This document shows, piece after piece, positions 52,810-64,000 of a stretch of 64,000 nt of DNA. This DNA is from Balanoglossus misakiensis (lineage: Eukaryota > Animalia > Hemichordata). Location of the stretch: assembly GCA_040954595.2 (NCBI GenBank), contig CM082590.2, positions 10,380,088 through 10,444,087 on the forward strand, written 5' to 3'. Made by a program: the position numbers and the translations under genes. Positions within the stretch are counted from its first letter, which is position 1. Every line of letters starts with the position of its first letter. The notes under the pieces are model-generated. The model did no database searches, was not told the DNA's origin, and saw only the letters and a list, made by a program, of their open reading frames with translations.

Positions 52810-52840
<31 letters not shown>

Positions 52841-52950
52841 GCCAGTCTTTCTGTCGGTCTCTTTGTCTGTCTATCAATGTCTGTCGATCAATCTATCTAT
52901 CTGTCTATCTCGTCTATCTATCTCTCTGTCTGTTTATCTGTCTGCCTGTC
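52675..52950. repeat. CT/CTGT/CTAT compound microsatellite
   Basis: Seen directly. Confidence 0.92.
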
Positions 52951-53272
52951 ACCCACTGCCCCACACACACATATATACCGGTACACCCGAACATTCCATA
53001 AACCTAGATCATAGTGCGATATATGTAATTAGTTAATCTTGGCACGTTTTCGACGCCATAAGCCGTGTGTTCATCACCTGTCAAAATGCCAATCAACGGA
53101 AAGTTTTCCGCCTCTTTGATTCAATACTGCTTTACTGCAATGGGAAAATAATAAGGTTGACCGGACATATAACTGCTATTAAGCAGTGTTTGTGCTAGCT
53201 GCATGGTTTCTGCATAACAGCAACGTAGCAATCGCGATTCCATATTGGCGTGTCCGTCTGATACTTGTAACT

Positions 53273-53385
53273 TTAAAAGGACGGGGTCGTCGCGCCGCGT
53301 GGGTGTCCCTCTTGACGAGAATATGTCCTCCCATACCAGCACAAACCCCACTGCAGTCACCACGACCTACTAGGATCTTCAGTTC
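53273..53385 (+). mobile_element. Longer terminal fragment of the TTAA/Kolobok-like family
   Basis: Matches 33736-33797 and the inverted 44167-44234. A similar inverted end (GATGACCCCCTACCCCTTTAA) occurs at ~55383-55403. Confidence 0.65.
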
Positions 53386-53643
53386 GATGGAAGGAATACT
53401 ACGTTTGACTCACGGGCACTCGAGCATTATTCTCGCGACATCAGTTTCCTTTCAGAGTCAAGTGAAGCGAATAAGAGAAAAAAAACTTGGCTTATAAGTG
53501 AAAAACAGCGTTAACGGGAAGCGCTTTGGGTGACATGACTCTTGGTCTTGTTTGGTTCCCAGGGCAGGTCAGGGATGCTGCATGCGAGGTCATATAGATA
53601 CATTTGTGATGTAAAGTTGCTGGAAGAATATGTCTGTTGTACA

Positions 53644-53770
53644 TACTGTAAAACGGGCTATTTTCGCGATAGGAAATTTTCGCGATATCAAAAGAGGCAA
53701 CTGTTATGCGAGGATTAATTTTCACGTTCATTTATTTCATTTACTACATTGTTATCTCCGAAAAAAATTT
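53644..53770. mobile_element. TACTGTAAAAC MITE, copy 3 (truncated, followed by a microsatellite)
   Basis: The left TIR and interior are homologous to 32546-32670. A CATC/CATT microsatellite follows at 53777-53920. Confidence 0.75.
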
Positions 53771-55069
53771 TATGCAACCATCCATCCACCCATCCAACCA
53801 TCCATCCATCCATCCATCCATCCATCTCTCCATCCATCCATCCATCCATTCATTCATTCATTCATTCATTCATTCATTCATTCATTCATTCATTCATTCA
53901 TTCATTCATTCATCCATCCATGTCTGGTGAGTGCCAATAAAACCCTATCAAGTTTGGTAAAGTTTGAGAAATGACTGAGCGTGTAAGGGCCTTGCTGCAA
54001 ACGATTCTCTAAAAGGAAAATCAATCAATGAAAGAGGATGGAGAGTTTTATCGTTTCTGCCACATTTATGCAAATTTGTTATATACGATGTGGTATTGCT
54101 CTGTTCACGACGAAATGTGTCAATGGCAAGTTTTTAAGTTCAGCAATGTTTCAAAGTAGGTAATAACTTCCTGTTAACAGAGAATATTATTACCGAACAC
54201 TTGTAAATCATTTGTTAATTTAATTTAATTTAGCGGACTGGAAACGAGTTCTTCTGGCGATACAGTGAGGAAGTACGCACCATGGCAGAGAGTTTTAATT
54301 AAAATGCATCATTTCTATCGCGAGAGCAGAATCGCAGACATTGATGCTCGTAAATTTTCTGGGGTTGTTCGCGGTAGATGTCAGCAGTCGAGCACCTCAT
54401 GATTTGGAAACTGGTGTGTTGCAAACGAGGCAGACACGAGTTCCATCACCTGCTGTGGTGAGAAATTATACAGGGAAAGGGGAGATATTGTGTTTGTGAC
54501 CCCGCGACAAATATTAGATTCAGAAATATCAAATGAAAATATGGATGTAAGGAAGTCCTGTGCAGAAAATTTAATGGAAAGCGAATATTTCCTGATGGAG
54601 AGAATGAGAATAAATCTAAATGGAAAGATGCGATTGTATAAAACAGGCGCCAATTAATGATAACAAGTATGCTGAAAGTGAACGTTGTGAAGTTCTGTTG
54701 GTGTGACGAGGCAATAAAATTATCGTTGTCTCAATTTATAACGAAGTTGAATTTATATACCATCTGAATATGTGTACTTGTCCACGCGTGAAATATCTTT
54801 TCCGGCAGTGGTAGTACTTGGCACAGTCATTATATTTTGGTAAATTAAGATATCCTGTTGCTGAATACCCACTGCAATCGTGCGTCAGGTTATTGGGGTA
54901 CAATAACGCATCTCTGTGGCTGGTGTATTTAATCTCAACGGGGTGTCCCATATCCACATGGAAGAATGGATTGTCCATTGTACTTGAACATCTCTGGAGA
55001 TTTGTAATTGTACTCAGCTACATTGATAGATGATTGAAGGGTCATTTAATATCATTCTCACCTGTTCGT

Positions 55070-55136
55070 CAGTCAGCCAGCCTCTGTCTGTCTATCTATC
55101 TGCCTATTGTTTGTCTATCTATCTGTCAGTCAGTCA

Positions 55137-55168
<32 letters not shown>

Positions 55169-55284
55169 GTCTGTCTGTCTGTCCATCTCTCCGTCTTTCT
55201 GTCTGTCTGTCTGTCTATTATTATTATCTGCAAAGTTTAACTGCTACAATGTACATCATGGCAAACATTACATCTATCTATCTA

Positions 55285-55321
<37 letters not shown>

Positions 55322-55322
55322 T
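55070..55322. repeat. TCTG/TCTA microsatellite blocks
   Basis: Seen directly. Confidence 0.9.
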
Positions 55323-55565
55323 AGGAATATCTGCAAAGTGTAACTGCTACTGTAAACAGAAAAGTCGCGCATGAGCAGTTCAGATGACCCCCTACCCCTT
55401 TAAGAACGAGAAATCGGCACCAGTCGGTTCAAAAGCTGACTGTGCTGGATTATAGTATCGCCCAGTGCAAGCGGCCACCTTTGATAACTGTTGTCCAGTG
55501 GCTAGACTGCTTTGTGTCCGGTACGGGTCCCCATTAGTGGCGGGTCAGTGAAATCGAACGGGGAT

Positions 55566-55579
55566 GCGCCATCTAGCGG
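55566..55579 (-). promoter_or_regulatory. CTCF-type binding motif
   Basis: Minus-strand CCGCTAGATGGCGC closely matches the CTCF core consensus and lies in a locally GC-rich, non-repetitive patch. Confidence 0.5.
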
Positions 55580-58500
55580 GTTACAATTGACAAAATATCC
55601 GCCGGTACGCATTACACCTCTGAGGCGGAATGTGCATTAGTTGTTTCGACATCACTGCCACACACACACATGCCATTTTTCCGATGTATCAGACGTACCA
55701 TCGTTATCTTCAGCGCTTCAATTAATGCCAGACTGTGACCTTTGACCCAAGTCGTAATCGCATTACCCGAAGCGTCACCTGTTTTTTCGTGCGTGTCTAC
55801 TGCTTAGATCCCTGTCTCAAAAATTTTAAATAGCCATATGTGTCGCGTCCCTTAATCGCTTTCAGGTCTTACTCTCTGCTGAGCTTTATATCATCAAATA
55901 TTTACTCTTTTCCTTCAAGCTAATTAAAAGTTCGTGCCATCTGCCGTGCCGCATGTCGGGGCAAAGTTCGAAACTGAAAAGCCTGTAGAGAAAGGTGTGA
56001 TATGCTGGGACTTATTTTCTGCGACATGTTGTAAATCGGTTCAGAAAGAATTCAAACGGGACAGATGTGCAGACAGTTCAGACCATTTTATTTTGCCTTG
56101 TTTCGCAGTTTACGCCAATGTATGTTTTGTGCACTCAAATTCAGAAGCAATCAATCATACATTTCGCAGTGACTGCAATACATGACATGTTATTAGTTGG
56201 AAGCTAACGCTGTGAAAAAAATGTGAAGCGACACAGCCACTGAAGCTGAAATCGTAACTAAAACACGTGTGTTAAGCAGACGTGTACAAAATTCAAAGTA
56301 AGAGACACATTGGTGTAACAGTGCATTTACTAGTAATTGCAGGCTCTGGAAAAGGAAGTTTGTTTTACGAGAATGTGTGTGTAGTTATGGTTGTTTCAAC
56401 GCTTGGATAGTTCCAAGTGTATTGGGGATACTTTGAGCATTTTAGTGAGGACATAGAAGGATTTCTCTCGTCTGTACCCAGAGGTCAGATAGGCCGCGCT
56501 GGCAGAGCCATTATCGATGATCAGCTAACGTTTCCCGGCGAACACTCGGCGGACGGAAAACAGATTGTCTGCGGTATTGAATGACCCGTTCTGGCGTTAC
56601 CTCTGATCTGCCGTGCAACACCTAAGTAGCTAACTTCAGATCTCAGCCGATCATCCATCCCGCGAGATTCCAGGTTCATTTGGCGAGGTTCAAAGGTGGA
56701 GGAAAGCAGAAGCTTTTCGAATTAATCGCTAGTGCCTCCGATCAGAAGGGCAGTAATGCCGGGGCATTTTCCAGAGAACTTCTCCAAGGAATGTGATTTC
56801 CCATCAAGGAATGAGCAAATCCATTCTCTAATTCCGACATACTTTTTTGCGACGTATTCTGCATTAACCGTATCAGTACATGCCGAACTAGGCAAGATAA
56901 ATCATATACTTGTAGGCTGTATGTACCACATAGGCGATAACAGAACCACAAACTGTTTTCTTCATTAACTGTTCTTTTGAATACAGTACTTTAACCCGCT
57001 AAGCATGATTAAATCACATTATGTCGTTATGCCCTATACATCTTAGTCGATAAGAACACCTGTACTTGTTTTCTCGGGCGATAAATTTCCAGTACGGGGC
57101 CAGATTCACTTTTGAAGCCAGTTATGCAAGTGAAAAACTCAATGCTGAGTTTGTTTTCTTGGATGGGTCGAAGATAATTAAAGCTTTACTATAGCAGTGA
57201 TCATGGACATATCATAAAGGGAATTGGAAATAATTCAAATGATTATTTTAGATGAATTTTCATCTACCAAACAGAAAGATAAATATGATTTACTTGCAAC
57301 TGTTTTTCATATCTATTTAACGTTTTCTCCCTGTCCACCGATCAATCAATACTGGTCCCTGCAAACCTTATTTTCAAGAAAGAAAATATCAAAATATGAT
57401 ATTGTTCATATACTTTGAACTAAATCATATTTGACGACCTTATTGGGAAAGAAGTGACTGGTACGAGCCCCAGTAGAGAAAGACTTTGTTGTCCCAGTAA
57501 TAGAACTGAAATTTTAATTCATTTCACCAAGCAAGCAGGTTTGATTGAATCTTAAGGAGAGATTCTTGTATGTGATCTAAGGTGGAGTTGATCGTCTCAG
57601 TTCCTTGGCATAATCGAATTGGACACAGTAATGGTTGTTTGAAACAGGCTTCTGTTAGATTTGATTTGACGTAAGTGGCAAATATAATAATTGACAAGCC
57701 CAGCGATGCTGTCACTTCGATGAGAAATTAAGGTGGAATATGAAAACGCTGCCTAACTTGGTTGAAGGCACGATTCCCTCGTAAAATGCAATTTACTGGT
57801 GAAGACAGAAACATGATTATTTATTTATCGCGCCATTTTCCACTGACGAACATTATATCCAAACCAATTTGGTCGAGTCAGGTTCGTTTTCTCATCTCCT
57901 GTGATGAAGATTGATTATTGCTCCTCAGATCGTGTTGAATGGTATAATGGAATTCAGTAAGATGATAAAAATGATACGACGCTCCTCGTGAAGTTCTTGC
58001 GTTGTTCATGTAAGAATGTAAGTCTCGCAACATGTCGAGGAATCCACGCATCTTGCATTGAAAGTTTCGCACCCATAATGCTAGTTTTATTTCTTCTAAG
58101 TCCAACTCTAAATGAGTCTAACCATGCTAATGAAAATCATGGCACAGAGGAGATCATTTTTTGTTCGTGCAAGGTCTCGCGAGACTTAGTTCAATACCAC
58201 AGCAATTGGTTGCTAGCCAAGAAATTGAGGAAACGCTTTGTTTGAAACTAGTAAAAGGTGCAGAGTTTTTTGTGCCTTTGACCACGGGTCACATGTTGTT
58301 TATCCTGCGTTATCCTCCCATATTAACAGCCTAACCGTGCGAGATCTCCCTGGGTCTCGTGAGTTTGGAAAAGGGTCTATTCAGTGATATAGTGCTGTAG
58401 ATGGTACAACACCTACATGTATTCACACAGCAATGTATAACGCAATTTCTCACTTACATCCATTGTGCGAGTTCTCAAATTGATTAATGTGTCCATAAAC

Positions 58501-59389
58501 TTGGCGACATGAGGTTTATCGGGATATAGAGATCACGGTCCTTCGATTCACGTGCTGTAAATTTCCAATTTAAGAGACTGTGCAACAACTAATTAAAATA
58601 AGAATCAATGACTTTATCAAGTAAATGCGCGTCGTCATAGTAATCCTACCCGTTCACAAAACCCTTAAATCCACTTTGTGGTTGCAGCTTCTTGATTAGT
58701 GCTATTATCTGTCAGTGAAAATAACATAGGACATTCATAAGGATATCTTGCAAATCACTACGTGACCTTTCTTGAGTTACTTCTACCGTTGACATTGAGT
58801 TTGACGTCATAATCTCGTTAAAGTCATGCCAAGTGGCTGACCTGGATGTGAGGTTAATAACGTTGCCTGTCTGTAACATTTAGTCCGAGAATTCTCTTTG
58901 GAATACTTTCTAAGTGAGCGGGATACAGATGCCTCATGATTCATGCAGTTGGTAGTTGATCACACTTCCGTCTTCACTCAAAATAAAAAGAATAATAGAC
59001 CCAAACATTAAAAAACATAGAATTCTGCTGCCTTTGACAGCTTATGTACAAAGGCTACTACAGTTAGGTACTTTGGGTTAATTTGCGTAAATTATTACAT
59101 TACTTGTGATGAACTGAATTAATGGAGTATAAAATATTCTCAGCCAGTGACACGTAGTTTACACTTATCACCCCAGTTTCATATTTTCATATTTCTTCCA
59201 GACACACCAATTTATCCCTGATGCTGATATTAAATTCAGTCATAAGCATGTCAACTTATTACGCACTGAACTATGGCAGCCAGTGTTAGGAGGGACAGTC
59301 ATGTTAGTCTGATGCAGATTAACCAATTTGTTTTTATTATGGACGGGGATTTTGGGCACTGTTTGGCATACACTTTATGTGAGCATGAT

Positions 59390-59417
59390 GCTCTCTCTCT
59401 CTGTCTCTGTATCTCTG

Positions 59418-59448
<31 letters not shown>

Positions 59449-59700
59449 CTCATGCGCTCCCCCTCTCTATGTACATCCTTCCCTCCCTCCCTCTCCCTAT
59501 CTCTCTCTCTCATATCTCATCTCTCGCTCTCTCTCTCTCTCTCTACCACCTTCCTTCCTTCCCTCCCTCCCTTCCTCCCCCCCTCTCTCTTTCTCCCTCT
59601 CTCTCTCCCTCTCTCACCGTCTTCCCCTCTCTCTCATTCTCTCTCTCTCCCACACACCATCACTCACCCACCCACCCACCAAAACCCATCCATCCATCGC
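59390..59700. repeat. CT-rich polypyrimidine low-complexity tract
   Basis: Seen directly. Confidence 0.92.
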
Positions 59701-60517
59701 TTCTGTTCTCATTGTAACCAAAAATTTGTGGTCAGAATACGAGAACCTGTCAACACCAAATGACCTCCCTGATCTTGATTTCCTTCATGGAATGTAGGCT
59801 TTCAATTAGTACCTTTCCCAGATTCAGTTTTACTGGCTATGTAATAAATGGGTATCAAACTTAATTCTGAGGGCTTAAATCATAACTACTAAATCAAATT
59901 TGCCTTTCATTGACGTTTATTACATTTTCTTGCCCCCGATTGATCATGTACGTTATAAAATAACGAGAACATTTTCTGTCATCCTTATATTTTGTTATTC
60001 CGATTTGAGGTTTACGAGTCAATTAATGAAAAAATATTGGTGGGAAAGGGGTCACGTTTAAGAGAAAGTTGTTGATGTGAGATAGATTGCTTAATGGAAA
60101 ATAAGAAATAGAGGAAAATCGACACATAACCATTAACACAGGGCAGTTAGTGTCGACAAATCAATTTATGGAGTTATTGCAGAAACGTTGGCTTGGTGAC
60201 ATATGCAAATCGACTTCCGAAATGGTCATTGAGTTTAAATTAATCAAGTCATGCAGTTTGAGCTTTAATGAGAGTTATGTATTTTAGTCTGTGGGCCGAA
60301 GGGGTCTTTTGTGTCATTTTACACTCATGGTCTTACGCACTACTTGAATCCAACGAAATCTTGCAGTTTTAACTCAATAAAATAAGTTTTTAAAAAGTTC
60401 AATCACTCTCGGTTGCACACAGTCGTAATAATTGGCCGTAATTTCTCATATTTTCCGGGGGTTGTTTAAGGTCAGGGGTCGTGAATGGTCTGCCAAGCTA
60501 CTGTTCAAAGCAGCCTC

Positions 60518-60550
60518 GTGATTGGCTGTTTCGCGCCTTGACCAATCAGC
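60518..60550 (+). promoter_or_regulatory. Paired inverted CCAAT boxes just upstream of the transposase-like ORF
   Basis: TGATTGGC (~60519) and GACCAATCAG (~60540) lie 25-55 bp before ATGGCGG at 60575. Confidence 0.5.
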
Positions 60551-60574
60551 GATCGCGTCTCATAACAACCAAAT

Positions 60575-63500
60575 ATGGCGGACGATGAAAACAGACAGTG
60601 TGCATGTCACGTTGCAGATGGCGATAAACAACTGATTAAACCGTTTTCCGATGCGTCATGGGCGAAATTGACAGTATGTGTCGATAAATGGAAGCAGTTA
60701 GATGGATTGGAAAGAGAGGTTTCCTTTCAATTTGATCCAGATTTGAGAGAGCGACTGGGTTTCCACCCTAGATGCTATCAACGTTTCACAGATAAACATC
60801 GTATCAGCCAAGCAGAGGTGCGCAAAGAGAAAGGTAAACCCAGAAAACCCCCTGTTGCAAATGAGTTCAATAAATCGACAGGGTCTACTGATGGCATTGG
60901 ACACCAAGTCTCACCAGCCAAGCGTTCTTTGAGGTCTAAAACTGGCGCTAGTGCCATTATAGAAGCTGGCCGTCGAAGTGTACACATTCTACCCCCTATA
61001 TGCTTGTTGTGCAAGAGCGTGAAATATAAACGCGACTCATTCACTCAAAAACGATCTGTAGAGAGTCTGACTTCATGTGAAACCGATGGTTCAACACTGA
61101 TTCAAGCAGCGGAATTGAAAAAAGATGAGAAACTGCTACTTCAGCTCAGAGATCAAGACTTGGTTAGCATAGAGCTAAAATACCATAAGTCATGCTACAG
61201 AAGCTATGTCCAATGTGTTACATGCACTTATCAACGGAAATCAGAGGAAGAAAGTGGCATCATGTATGCTCCATCCTTCAAGAAACTATGTACAGAAATA
61301 GTGCAGAAGAGAATAATCGATGGTAATGAAATAATGCGGATGACATCATTAAGAGATATCTTTATCCAGATTATTGGGGAAACAGAGAATATCGATGCAT
61401 GTACATATAAAAATATCTCACTAAAGAGAAGACTCCAGAAGAGATTTGGGGAAAGGATAGAATTTCTTCGTCCCAAAAAGAAAATGTGTGAACTTGTTGT
61501 AGCCAAGAAAGAATCTGCTGCTCATCTTCTGGATGTGGCAAATACAGATTCAGAAAGTGAAGGTGAAGGTGATGACACTGACACTGTACAACAGTCAGAA
61601 GGTGCCAACAATGAAATGCGTGAATTGTTCCATGCATCAATGCGCATTCGTGACATTCTTAAGAAAGCTGATGGTGTTAAAGTATGGCCTCCAAAGGCTG
61701 AAGATCTAACAATACAGCAGACTGAAAACATGATACCTGTCACACTTTTCAACTTCCTGGCTTGGTGTACCGGTTCATCAAATGACTTTCTGGACAAAGA
61801 GCGTGTTGAAGTACCTCCAGACATTAAGAATCGGTTGTTAGCTATTTGCCAGGACTTAATATTTGTGTCATCTCAAGGAAGAAAAGTCGCTCCTAAACAC
61901 ATGGCTCTTGGTATGGCGGTACGTCACTTGACTGGATCTTCGTCTTTGATAGGATTACTAAATGGATTGGGTCATTGTGTGTCACATTCAGTAGTTTTGC
62001 AGCATGACACAGCTCTAGCTCTTCAACAACTTCAACAAGGCGAAAGTATCCCACCAGGGTTTAGTAAAGAAGTGTTTACCACATTAGTTTGGGACAACAA
62101 TGACTTTGGTGAAGAAACTTTGAGTGGTAAGTACACATACATGTATTCTTATTTAAATCCATGTACAAGGTTTTTTGTTGTTGCACCACTTCCGACTGTC
62201 GAGGTACTAAGAAAGGCTGTTTTAATATTTTTTTAAATGTAAATGTATTCTTGTCTATTATGATCCATGTGCATTTACCAATATAGTAATTTTAATATTG
62301 TACAATCATTTTCATGTTTTATTAGGAAAAGGAACAACTCACAACACAAATGGAATAATTATACAGAGAAATCAGGCGGGTGATGATGGAAGTGACAGTT
62401 ACTCCACCAATCCAGTCGCAGTTGCCAAGTCCAAGCAAAGAACATTACAAGTTCCACCAAGCAATATTATTGAGTATCATGGACGACCTCGCCATGGCCC
62501 ATCACCCTCAGGTTGTACATGATAAAGCTAGCTACATCATCGTTGTGTTCATTGAAGTTATTGGATTTGGTTATTGTTGTAAGTAATAAAATGCATGAAT
62601 GCATGATCATGTTTTTTTTGTGAATTATGAACTTTGTTTAGTTAAAGACTTGTTACCAATACTTTTTAATATATTTCTGCCCATTCTCAGTACTTCAGAT
62701 TTGCTTGACCATCATGACACATTTATGTTTAGCCCTATAGAGTTAACTTTACTGAATAGTGTTAGCATTATTTCTAGTTGTTGCTACTAACCTAATCATC
62801 ATTTGATATTAACACTATTATTTGCATGATGCGTTGGAAGTATTACTACATCAACCATAAACAGTTTATTTTTACATATTTATATGTGACCAAATATGCA
62901 TCTAAGGCATTAATTCAATGACAAGATCATACAAATAATGTGGTCCAAACTCACCACATTGTTGTTGCAATGTGTGTGCTTCAACTTAAATTGATTGCAG
63001 CTGTTAGTAGTTAAAACAGTCAAAGCTTACTACATTTGCGTAGCACCTACTAGCGGCTAAAATAATGCAACTTATAGCCACATTCTAAACATTGCTACAG
63101 GAGTGTAGTGTCTAGCTGATGCTCTAATTGCTTGATTGTTTGCATAAATTTAATATTTGTACAATTCCATAAGGTGTTTTTTTAACAAGTTGACTCCCTT
63201 GTTACATTTTATTAGGTATCGACATTGAGTTTGCTGATGCAACACTGGAAGAGCAACCTTTGAGAAAGGACATGGCTTTTTGGATGTGCAAGACTGTCCA
63301 GGTGTGTGTTACATTTTTTTGCTAATGCCCATTCAATAACCAAAGTTAACAGTAATTGCAAACTTTAGTTTTTTAATGTGAAATAAAGTGTGATTTATAA
63401 TCATATTCCATTGAAATATTGCCAATTTTAAAAACTGTGGGATGGGTATTTTTTTTTCTCCTCATGCAGGTTGAAGAAGGGATAACCATGCCATCATGGA

Positions 63501-64000
63501 CTGGATTCAACCAGCAACTGTCAGGAAGCAGCATTCCACCTGTCAGCAAAATTGGTTATCTACCAATTATAGATGCCAGCCCAACAGAAATGTCCACTGT
63601 AAACACAATTCTCAGTAGAAGTATTGACTTAGCTGATAAACTATGTTTACAGAGTGTTGTTCTGAATATGGATCAGGCAATTTATTCAAAGGCACAGGAG
63701 ATACGCTGGCAGAGTGAAGAATTCACTAGTCGCCTTGTACTACGTCTGGGAGAATTTCATACGGCAATGTCCTTCCTTGCAACAGTGGGGAAGCGATTCA
63801 GAGATGCTGGTCTGGAAGATATCATGATTGAGTCTGGTATTCTGGCCCAGGGTTCAGTAAATGGTGTGATGAGTGGCCACCATTACAACAGAAGCATTCG
63901 CTGCCATAAGTTAGTCGCTGAAGCCATGCACCGTCACCGTTTTAATGAATTTCTTGATGGCTTACCAGGAGATGAGCACTTGACAGCTATTGGTACCCTC
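60575..64000 (+). CDS. Academ-like DNA transposon transposase; spliced, frame intact, 3' end beyond the window (>=785 aa)
   Basis: Exons 60575-62126, 62326-62511, 63216-63301 and 63470-64000+ join in frame. Motifs FHPRCY, CLLC...YHKSCY, LNGLGHCVSH, WDNNDFGEETLSGKGTTHNTNGIIIQ, PSWTGFN, IGYLPIIDASPT, MDQAIYSKA, RLGEFH, GLEDIMIESG...SGHHYNRSIRCHKL are typical of the large invertebrate Academ-type transposase proteins as I recall them. Confidence 0.8.

Larger units (their letters stand above)
59807..64000 (+). mobile_element. Left part of a putative autonomous Academ-like transposon
   Basis: The transposase gene plus ~770 bp of non-microsatellite upstream sequence. The left boundary at TAGTACCTTTCCCAG (59807) is a guess from TAG-type termini, and the right end is not in the window. 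Confidence 0.5.

Noticed and set aside
50000-59797. Numerous 70-210 aa ORFs rich in S/L/C/H/R
   Set aside because: All coincide with microsatellites or purine/pyrimidine tracts and are translation artefacts.

Overview
AT-rich, intron-containing eukaryotic DNA, most like a marine invertebrate (possibly a deuterostome such as a hemichordate or echinoderm; the taxon is inferred). From 5' to 3': (1) a nearly homogeneous 88-bp satellite (1-2532) joined to a six-unit ~534-bp tandem array (2573-5824). Each junction of that array builds a minus-strand A-box/B-box/oligo-T (Pol III-like) cassette, with 27-bp palindromic boxes upstream. (2) A 13-exon minus-strand gene for a kinase-less DAPK1-like ROCO protein (5 ankyrin repeats, Roc GTPase, COR, death-like domain; ~882 aa). 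(3) A divergent 6-exon plus-strand Draper/MEGF10/SCARF-like EGF transmembrane receptor (~527 aa) with a tyrosine-motif-rich tail. (4) A convergent 4-exon PEX11-gamma-like gene (~249 aa). (5) About 35 kb with no recognisable protein gene, containing MITEs, palindromic mini-elements, micro/minisatellites, exon-like segments and a CTCF-type motif. (6) An intron-containing, so-far intact Academ-like transposase gene that runs off the right edge. Exon structures were derived by hand from GT-AG sites and reading-frame continuity. Family assignments rest on recognised motifs; no database searches were run.
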